A stretch of 64,000 bases of DNA from Azolla caroliniana (Eukaryota > Plantae > Polypodiophyta): NCBI GenBank assembly GCA_043228905.1, contig JBHGNT010000001.1:15500001-15564000 (forward strand). The letters run 5' to 3'. Shown piece by piece: positions 24,719-35,100 of the stretch. The position numbers were made by a program, and so were the translations under genes. How positions within the stretch are numbered: the stretch's first letter is position 1; every line of letters begins with the position of its first letter. The notes beneath the pieces were generated by a model. It searched no databases. It saw nothing but the letters and a program-made list of their open reading frames with translations, and was not told where the DNA came from.

Positions 24719-25303
24719 ATGGTTCAGCAGTCCATCTCATATGGCTCCTCCGCCACTACACTCGCCACTACACTCGCTTATCTACTGTTGCTGGCCGCTC
24801 CTTTGACCACCACTGTATCGGCTCGACGGAAGCCTCCCCAGGGACCAGAGACCTTCAGCTTCTACATCCACAACCAGGTCTACAACCCGGCCGTCAACAA
24901 CTCCGTCTTCGACTCCGTGTACAGCGCCGGACCCTTCAACTTCAGCCAGCCCAACCCCACCAACTTCGGTGTCCGCTCCACATTCGAGAACCCCATCACT
25001 CCCGACGCCTCCCCGGACTCGGAGCCCATCGGCGTTGCCCAGGGCTTCTGGATCTTCAACTCACAGAAGGGTTACGTCCTCATGCACATATTCACTGCCA
25101 CCATCACGTCGGGGCCATACACGGGCACCATCGCCATCATGGGGCAGGAGGATGAGTCTCTCGACAACCGGACATTGGTGGTGGTCGGGGGAACCGGAGA
25201 CTTCCTCGCGGCTCGTGGTGCCGCCATCTCCAAGCGGGTTGTCATCGACAACGTTGCGCCCGCGCACTGGACCCTCTCCTTCGACTTGGACCTCTATTAT
25301 TGA
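24719..25303 (+). CDS. Dirigent-family protein (secreted, intronless, 194 aa)
   Basis: Hydrophobic signal peptide. Dirigent motifs FYIHN, FG..STFENPIT..SPDSEPIGVAQG, GTIAIMG and RTLVVVGGTGDFLAARG. N-glycosylation sequons and a GC-rich intact ORF. Confidence 0.9.
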   Translation: MVQQSISYGSSATTLATTLAYLLLLAAPLTTTVSARRKPPQGPETFSFYIHNQVYNPAVNNSVFDSVYSAGPFNFSQPNPTNFGVRSTFENPITPDASPDSEPIGVAQGFWIFNSQKGYVLMHIFTATITSGPYTGTIAIMGQEDESLDNRTLVVVGGTGDFLAARGAAISKRVVIDNVAPAHWTLSFDLDLYY

Positions 25304-26548
25304 TCATCACACATTCAAGGGTGGCCCCAATCCATGCATGCATGCAGGCATCCTACCCTCCCTATTTGTTTGTAACTCTTTGTCTACCGTCAATCACAAT
25401 CAATGTGTGATGGATGCCCTTTCGTCGATCACAACCCACGTTGTTGTTTTGTCCGATTGATATTACATTGAAATAATACTAGAATTACTATTAAATTCGA
25501 AAATTCTGTCACTCTTAAACAGTACTGATATCAGTAGAATACATTGGTCGCTGCTATTGTCATTAAAGATGCGACGCCTTTTTTTGCTTGTGAAATGATA
25601 TGCGTTTTTAAACACTGCACTGCTGCTGATCATTCCTCAATTGAATTTTAAACAGTACGTGACGGAAGCAATTAAATTTTGCATTGAACCGTCATTCGTC
25701 AATCACATGAGTACCACCATTGGCGTGGCTAGACACTTGATCGGATCCAGACTAATCATAACGCAGGAGATTGAGTGATGGATAAGAAAACTTGCTCCCA
25801 TATTGGCCATCTTATATACAATTAAATTCCCTTACATTTGGAACATGTATTGCTCTCAAGGATCACATTTGGAACAGGTTATAATAAGCACAGAGTGGAC
25901 GTTGCTTGCATCTATCCTCACCTCGGCATTGCTTAGCATTGTCATAATCGCTTATCTGAGAAATTTAGTACATGTGATAGATATTCTGGGATTTTGATTC
26001 GTTTTATGTTCAGAGTACCCTACAATATATCGTGCAAATAGTCTTGGATCAGATCATCGATGTAAGGGGAATATTTGTGGAGAAGTATAAGGGTGCGCTA
26101 CAACAGCGATTTGGTGGTTGAATGGATCTCGCAAGGAATATGTAAATGGGACCAAAGTTATTCCAACTTTTAAATGTAGTGGGGGAAATAGTGAATTAGA
26201 AACGAAGTATTTGCCTCCCACTACGTGGTGGGCCCGCATTTCCGACATGTTATCATTTAAAGAATTGGAACCCAATCCTCCGCAATGAATCTTCATCATT
26301 TCCATTTTAGCTTTTAGCATCATTTCCATTTTATATGAAAACATGGGATTCTGCAACTTTTGCACCGTTTTCGCTAGGGGCTAGGGAGGGTTATATTTAT
26401 AGATTTACTATCGAAAGGGATGGTTTTCCAAACTTCCATATATTTCTCAATCTTCTCACTGTTTACATGAATAGATAGAGAATCTATGGACCTTAGTACA
26501 ATTTTTTCTTTGTTTTGGCAATAGTGTAGTTATTAATAGCATACTGTG

Positions 26549-27062
26549 TATTGAGGTATCAAGCTCAACTAGGTTTAGTCATTTAGTCAACCATGTAACT
26601 TAGTAGTTACATAAATAAAATAATCTTGTTAGTGTGTTCACTATAAAGTTTTACGTAGGATTTTGTTCTTATACTCAAATGGGTACATTTTAGATCCCCC
26701 ACTACCAAGTCTATTTAATATGGGACTTATACCCTTGTAAGTTGTACCTATATTCTCCTCACACATGTGCACCTTTATACATGATATGTATATATATACC
26801 TCATTGTAAGTATTTTTATAACTTGATGCTTATTAACAAAGAGAAAGGTCTTCAAGCTAAACTCTTGTTAATCACCCTTCATTTCTCTTATTGTTCAGAA
26901 GTATATTTCATCTCTATCTCTTATTTAACTTCCTTACTCTCACACACACATATATATCACATAGTCTTCCATTGCTTAATCACATACGTGATTAACTACT
27001 CACATAATTAGATACTAGTTAACTCTTAATTAATTACCTAATTATTAACATGGTATCAAAGT
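26549..27062 (+). mobile_element. 5' LTR (26549-27050) plus Met-type PBS; internal region absent
   Basis: Homologous to solo LTR 3915-4364. Ends TTAACA and is followed by TGGTATCAAAG. Confidence 0.75.
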
Positions 27063-27064
27063 GT

Positions 27065-27215
27065 GGAACAGGAGACTTCCTCTTGGCTTGTGGTGCCTCC
27101 ATCTCCAAGTGTGTTGTCATCAACAATGTGGCACCCACACATTGGACCCTCTCCTTTGACTTGGACCGCTATCATTGATCATTAAACTATAAAGCGTGTT
27201 GCAATCCATGCTACC
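27065..27215 (+). pseudogene. Decayed 3' fragment of a dirigent gene copy (last about 37 codons, stop and start of the 3' UTR)
   Basis: Aligns with about 25190-25340 (GTGDFL..GA.ISK.VVI.NVAP.HWTLSFDLD.Y.*). Many differences are CpG to TpG/CpA. Confidence 0.85.
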
Positions 27216-27223
27216 CTATTTGA

Positions 27224-29830
27224 TGTTGGTCCACATGATCCAGTAGTTGTAACTGATGTTCTATATACTTATAAATACATTAAATGAACACAATAATAAC
27301 ACACATATGCAATTATATTGTCTAAACTTTTGCTTATAACTCTTATGAGAACTCAAGCAAAATCAAGATTACTCTTGCTCCACATCAATTCTGATGATTT
27401 AGTTTTGTTATGCTTGATGTTCTTGGACCACAACCAACATTCTCCAATTGAAAATTGCATTTAAATAGTACTAAGAAAGAGATAGATATCAAGAGAGAGA
27501 GAGAGAATGAGGGAAAACAAATGAATTAAAAAAAAAAATCCACAAAGAAAAACAAATATATTATTATTATCAACACCCTAATTGTTACAACAGGTGGTGG
27601 TGGCTTTGTAAGGGACCACCATTGAGGTGGTTTCCTTCATCTTGATAAGAAAGTAACTAATATTATTTCGCTTATTACAACAACTAAGAAATTTTCGAGA
27701 AGTGTAGATTCTCATCTTCATCTTTAATTACAACAATTAATCCAACTTGCTTGCAACAAATATTGTGCTTAGAATTGTCGAAGAGGTTTAATTAGAATAT
27801 TTGCCCACATATGATGAATGAGAGCAAACTTTAGTTCTATGTTCTTTGTTTCAATGAGATCACGAAGAAAATGATGTTCCAAGGCCACATGACGTATGTT
27901 GTCACTCATTGTCAGACTATTAGGTAGCTTGATGCATGCTTGATGATCATAAAACAAAGTCACTATTGAAATAATAAATAGGTTGAAATTCTTCAAGCAT
28001 TGATTTAATCCAAATGCCTTCTTTAACAGCTAGAGTCGTTGTTACATATTCAACTTTGGTGGATTATAATGCTATAATATATTGTTTCTTTGGCTTCCAA
28101 GAAATTGTAACACCAACTAGTGTATAGACATAGCCAAATGTTCTCCATCCCAATTGGAATCAATCCAATCAATTACCTAATAAGAGGGGTTTGTCCATTC
28201 TTGCACAAGTGAGGCCGACTCAGATTGTGTGGCTGAGTAAGTCAATGCACAATATTGAGTATACTTCAAATATCGTAGTAAATGTTTCACAGCAATCCAA
28301 TACTTTGGTCCTGGATTAGCTATGAAATAAGAAAGAAAAACAACAACAAAATAAATATGTGGACATCGGCAACTCACTAAATATCTAATACATCCAAGGA
28401 TTTGTTTACATGCTACATCCTTCACTTCAAAAATCTCCCAACTTTTTTGGACAATCATCATTAGAGAGTTTACTGAGAGAGGTAAGATTAGTATGGAACA
28501 TGTCAAATCTTTGGAGAATAGAGGTAATATATTGAGTTTGTGATATAGAGCTAGCATGATTTGATCTATTTTTAATTACTTTAATGTCAAGGAAATGTAT
28601 CATAAGCCCTAAATCAATGGTAGAAAAAACACATGCAAGTTCCTTCTTTGCAATTGCTAGATAAGATTTAGTGTTGGAGATCAAGGGCAAATCATCAACA
28701 TAGACACCTATGCTAGCAAATTTGGATTTGGTTTTCTAACATAGATATTTGGCTCATGTTGTTAAGACAATGATATCCAACCTTAATGAGAAAAAAGTGA
28801 AGTTGACAAACAAATGTTAGATGACTTGGATCTTCAAAAATTTCTAGTTGTTGCTGATAAAGTTCTTCATCCAGATCCCCATTAGGAAAGGCAATTTGTA
28901 CATCCAAGTGGTGCAACTCTAGATCATGTTGAGCAACAAGAGCAATGAGCATTCGAGAACCACGTATTCTAAGTGTTAGACCAAATGTATCTTGAAAATC
29001 AATACATGGAACTTGAGAAAAACCATTTACCAACAACATGAGCCTTAAAGAGAATTGGATTGCCATTACCATCTTGCTCAATTTGTAAGACCAATTTGGA
29101 ACCAATTATGTGACGATCTTTTGGAGGCTCAACGAGGGTCCACATATCATTTTTAATTAGATCCTTCATCTCTTCCTCCATAGCCATTCTCCATTTGATA
29201 GAAACAGATCCTAAGAGTCCTTCTTTGGGTGTTAGATTTGTGTCATCACTAAGGATTGGAATATCCTCTTGTTGTATGTAAGCTTCATGGTCCATGTTGA
29301 CAAAATGTGCTTCCATTTAATCAAGTTGTTCATAGATACTATTTAGAGATAGGTACATAGTTGGAGGAGAAGATGAATTCAGAAGATAACAATGCTTGTG
29401 TTATTACAGATAGATGAGCAATGTGTATTTCTCCAGGAATTAGGAAAAAGAGTTCAACAATTCGAGGTTGGGGAGATGGAGGACAAGAAGAAAATTTAGT
29501 TAGTGGATGACGATTGACCTTTGACTTCTAAATCGCCACACAAATACGTGAAGTAGAGGATGAACCACTATGAGAATTATTAATATTGGAGATGGTTGAG
29601 GAATATGGCTGGAAGTGGGCAGGGGTAGGTAATAAAGGAGATAAATTTGAAGGAAGTGGAGAAGAAAGCTTTGAAGAAATATGTGATTAAAGAAAATTCT
29701 TTTTATTTGTGGATTGTAGAGCTTGTACACCTTGTAGCCCGAACCTTTTCCATATACAACAAAAATTGATTTAGTAGCTCTTGGATCTAGGGCCACACGT
29801 TCGCGTTCACAAGTGGAAGGATTGGGCATT
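27224..29830 (-). mobile_element. Old degenerate Copia remnant (integrase end, RT, RNase H, probable 3' LTR about 27224-27575)
   Basis: Fragments LDPRATKSIFVVY, HHLDVQIAF.NGDL.EE, KHLLRYLK and RHVALEHHFLRD, with many stops. Confidence 0.7.
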
Positions 29831-30857
29831 CCACTTGTAGAATCTTCTTGAAACTATCCAAATATACCCACTCTACAAAAATTGAATGCATTAGTATCAC
29901 ATGTTCCACAACTTGATTAGAATTTGCAAATATCAAAATACATGATAGGTCTATGAGTGGAGATCATTAGAAATCATGGAAGTTTGGACGTGCTGATAAG
30001 TTAATGTAGGCATAATAAAGTTCAACAATGGCTCAATATGTCACTAATGTGCGACATTGGTAACACTAAGTTAAAGACTTATATTAATTTGGTAAGTTCT
30101 ACAAAAATATGAGGTGTACTTGTAACCATACTAATAAAATGAGTTATAATTTATACTTTGACCCATACTTGCATGTATATAATTGTGGACAATGTAGGAT
30201 AGTGCACTTTAGGATAATGTGATTGGAATAACTAACTTATTAAAGTATTTAATACTTGTATTTAAAGTTGATCTAATCTATTCCTCAGTTTGTTCGTATG
30301 GGATCAAACCATATGTATATAATTGTGGACAATGTAAGACAGTGAAATGTGGTAGAAATAACAAACCTATTAAGGCTTTCATACTTGTATTATACATCTA
30401 TTGCTTAGGTGATTCACACGGGATCAAACTCTAAACGATAACGCTAGTGGAACGACAAGCGTATAAAAACATGCGGATAACGCTAGTGGAACCATTATCA
30501 ACACACTACACAATCTAAGCAACAATGGAAAAGAAACATAATAGTTTTAACAATAGAAGACAAAGATCCATAATAACAACATGGACACTCATGGCAACAA
30601 TTCTACGACCATGTTATGTTAAGGTAAACTTTGACCAAAATCAGCCTAAATTTAAACTAATTCATGTTTCTTCATAAATTTGGTGGTCAGCAATGCACAC
30701 GGTGAAACCAATGTCATAAGTCTACTAACCAAGTATATAAAAATAAAATTGAAACATATAGAAGATTATAAAGAATAGAATCCACCAAGTAATACCCCAA
30801 ATTTGTATTAATAATGTGAAATCCAAACAATACATTTCGCGTTTTTAAAAGAGTCTA

Positions 30858-32144
30858 TTACATAGCAATCAAATCGTCAATGTCATTTTCTTCATCATCT
30901 TGTATAGAAGTCTCTTCGGCTATACATGCATTGGCTTCCCCTGTTAGCCGAGCCAACAAAATATCTTCTATAAGCTCATCATCAAGCTCTATTAGCTCCC
31001 CCGGCTCCCCGGCTCACGGAGGAATAGGCTCTCGCGAAGCAAGTTGAAACCTTTCAATATCATCGAGGTTCTTTGCATTGACCTCCTCCTCCTGGTTTGG
31101 GCACTCCCACAAAGCCTTAATGCTCATGTTTATAAATTTAACTTGCTCCTCGTCCTTCTCCAATGCAACTGTGTTTCTAAAGAGCTTCAATGCACATGTA
31201 GACGTCGTTCCTGTAAAGAAAGTAACAACAAGAATTAGTTCTCAAACAAAAAAGATTCAGTATTGGTGGTCTCAAGATCGTTACCCTAGTTCGAGGAATA
31301 CTTGTGCCAGAAAAGAGTTCTAATATCCAGTCTCCTTCGACAGAAAACATCTCGATCAAGCGCATCATAAGTCGTTGAGGTTTTTGGTATGGGTTGACAA
31401 GTCCCCGTTCTATCGTGGTGACATGTCGCAATTTCCGTGTCACTGCTGGATATACCAACAGATTTGAACCTCCCACTTCATTAGAATGCTCCTTGATTCT
31501 TTGTTTCTTAATTTCATCGAAGTAGCCAACCGCGATGTATTCAATGTCATTAACAAACCGAAAGGTTGACCCTCTATTTACATTGGTTTTTATCTTATAA
31601 CAAATATTACATCGAGTTAAGAATAGATTGAACAATCTTAAGAAAGACAATATAGTGAATGAGACCTATAAATAATCCTTACCATGCAAGATTCTCGATG
31701 CCATGGCAATGAGATCTCAAAGCTTGAGCTACCGAGTACCCTTGGTCCATACTATGAAAGACAACTATTCTCCACAAGGATGCAGTCGTTAGCTCAGCAA
31801 AATCCTTGACCATCTTCTCCAACTATTTAAACCTAAACGGTTCATCGTCGTATGATGACCTTGCCATTCGAAATCCGTAAGGAATATCCGCAATCATTAG
31901 CGTATATTCCTTCTTTGGCACTTTTTGGATCATGTCAACGACATCGCCGCAAACCACATTGTAGTAAAGATCTCTTGTAATATCTTTTTTGTGGCTAAAT
32001 TTTTTGAAGGAGCCATCTTCCTCCATTTCGTACGCCTTGACTAAGCGACGATCCTTTTCTTTTCTGGCTCTCTCGAGATGTGCAAGGAGGGATGTCGGGA
32101 AATCGTGTATATCCTTAACTTCTCCTTGTTTCTTGCCATGACAG
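30858..32144 (-). pseudogene. Spliced beta-class N6-adenine/N4-cytosine DNA methyltransferase (N6_N4_Mtase-like), 5'-truncated by a Gypsy LTR
   Basis: Exons 32144-31683, 31594-31302 and 31210-30858. They give GDVVDMIQKVP...LMIADIPYG (motif IV), W-IKTN...DIEYI, NPYQKPQRLMMRLIEMFSVEGDWILELFSGT and TTSTCALKLFRNTVALEKD (motifs X-I-II). Introns are 88 and 91 bp. Two premature stops and one damaged acceptor. Confidence 0.8.
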
Positions 32145-35100
32145 TGTCGTGCCTTTCGGCACAGGATCGTTTGTGTGAGGCGGGTGAGAACCGCTGGGGT
32201 TTTGGACCAGGAGAAAGAAGAATATGAGATAATGTTAGTTAGGAAGAGATTGTAGGAAGAAGATATGAAACTCGTGAATCCCACGAGTATAATGTATTAA
32301 TGGGTATTTACTTTGGAAGAGAGAATTAGATGGTAAAATTGTGAATCCCACGAATATTTTGTATTAATCAATCCTTATCAAAAATCAACAACCACTATCC
32401 ATCTTCCTTTCTTCCTTTTATAGTGTTTGAAGAGTCTAAGTTTATCACATGCAAGCATCATGCTTTTCCTAACTTTAGTTTTCATGCACACTGCATGTGC
32501 ATGATTAGCTTTCTATCCCATCTTTTCTTTTAACTCGACTGTGTATGCATGAATAAATTTTTGTACCATGCATATCTAGAATATTTACATGGGATAAAGT
32601 TTAGTTTAACTTTAAAATTCATAGTGTGCTAATATAGTGGTAAGGTTGGGTTTTGTCTACGTGGAGGTACAGGGTTCGAATCCTGCCCTATGCACGTAAT
32701 AAATATTTTCAATATTTTATTTTTATTTATTATATGTACTCTAAATCGGATATAGTGTTTTACATATTTCACTTAGTGTGTGATTCACACTACGACACTC
32801 GCCCCCTTTGAACCCGCACATCCTCCGGTATGTGCCGAAGTCCCTGATGCTTATTATTCACCTTCATCCGAAGCTTCCTCCGATTCTCCCCTTAAGTCGA
32901 CTATAAGTTGTAATCCACTTTCTTCGCTTTCCACATCACCACGATCTTCGTCCGATTGCTCCTCCTTGTCGGTCTTATCTAGGATCACATAGGGTTCTTC
33001 ATCAATCCGCTTTTTGAAAATCTTCACCCGTTTCCCGGCTATAGACACTCGTAGTATCGTTCCATCCAACTCTCATAGTCGGTAAGTTCCATTGTCGAAA
33101 ACTTTCCGAACCTCGTATGGCCCAAACCACCTTTTCGCAAACTTCCACATCGTTGTATGTTGATGATCCAAACTACTGTCGTAGACAATCACCCAATCTA
33201 CTTCTTCAATCTTCCGCGATCGTAGTCGGTGCTTTGCGTCGAATCGGCTTTTATTCCAGAATTGCACTTCTTGTTGTCGGCGTATTGCTTCCGTTATGTC
33301 TTCATGTCTTCCCTCTAGTTGTCGTATCCGGACTGCTAGTAGTTTTTCCCGGCTCATCTCTTCCTTCCACGGTAGCACTGTCCATGTCGCGATTGCGGTT
33401 TCCGTTGGCATTACCGGTGCTTGTCCGGTCATGAGTTCTGCCAGGATGTACCGGTTACGGAGCTATGCATCGTCCGATCCACCCATACTGCATATGGAAG
33501 CATCTGTGGCCAATCCTTCACCCTTCCGTCGCATGCTTTGGCAAGTGCTTTCACGACCGGACTATGTCCTCATTCGATCTTCCTGTTGGCTTCCGGATTG
33601 TATGCCGTTATCAGTGTTAACCGAACTCCATGTTTGGCGAAGAATCCCCTAGCTTTGTCAGAGTGCATATGGGAGCATCTGAGGCCAATCCTTCACCCTT
33701 CCGTCGCATGCTTTCACAAGTGCTTTCACAATCAGAGTATGTCCTCGTTCGATCTTCCTGTTGGCTTCCGGATTGTATGCCGTTGTCAGTGTTAACCGAA
33801 CTCCATGTTTGGCGAAGAATCCCCTAGCTTTGTCAAAGTCAAGTTCTGCCTGATCCGCAATCACTTGTCCTACGCACCCGTACCTACAAAACACCTCCTC
33901 CAAAAGAAATTGGCATACCGCAGAACACGTTTTCCTCCGTAGCGCTCGACCTTCTACTTGGTTTGTGAGATCTTCCCGAGCTAACACCAAGTATTTCTTT
34001 TGTCCGATCCCGGTTGGCATGGCTACAATGTCGACCATCAATTTGAAGTTCATTGTTGGTGAGAATGTCGGATGTAACTCATCTCGGTGTCGAACTCCAG
34101 AGTATATTTGACACTTCTCGCAGCTTTCCGTGAACTCCGCTATATCTTTGTACATGTTCTTCCACCAATATTTTTGTTTGATTTTCATAAAAGTTGCCCA
34201 TGTTCCTCGATGTCCAGCCCAATCGGATTCGTGAAACTCGGATATTATCCGGTTTCGTTGCTCTTTCGTCCCGACTACCCGAAGTGGTATGCCATCCGGT
34301 CTTTTCGGCTCCCTCCATATTAATCCATTTTTCAAGAAGAACTTTCGAACTTGCCGCTTCTTACTTCAGATCTTGGCTCTCTTCTCTTTAATGTCTGATG
34401 ACTCCTTGATTTCTTGTAGCACTTTCCTGATCAGCAAGCTTTCCCCCTCGTATTCTTCTTCCCAGAATTTTCGGATTGCGTTCACCCGGCATATGTGCTC
34501 CGAAGCAAAGTAGTCTTCGGAAACTTCTTCATTATCGGATTCGGTTATGTCGTCTCCAAAACGTGCCCTTTATAGCATATCCGCTACCGCGTTGTCTTTT
34601 CCGGAGATGTGTCGTACCTCCGGATTAAGCGACTTAACATATGCAATCCATCTTAGCATAGCCACATCCGGTATCGTGCAACACCGCATCATCCCGAGTA
34701 TTGGAAGACAATCCGTTTCGATCACTACTTCGGCTCCGATCAAATAATCTTGATCCGATTTGATTGCCGACACGACTCGCCATAATTCTCTTTTGACTTG
34801 TCCATATCCGTGTTGCCTTTCGTTGAAAACCTTTGCTCCGAATCGGATCGGATATCGCGAACCATCCAAGTCGGCTTGATTGATGACCCATCCGATTCTG
34901 GTTGGACTTGTGTCCACCGTTGCTATGATCGGTCGGTCATAGTTCGGCTTCTTTAGTGCTTTTGCCCTCCATAGTGATTTCTTGAGCTTCTTCACGGCTT
35001 TGCTATGCTCCGGTTTCCATTCGAACTTCTTACCCGTCCGCAACAAGTGATAGAGTGGGTCCACAATATGTGGACAGTGTGGAATCCATATGTGATAGAA

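Noticed and set aside
32620-32694. Functional tRNA gene (also 11937-12011 and 16098-16168)
   Set aside because: The acceptor and anticodon stems do not pair properly. These are reported as tRNA-like modules only.
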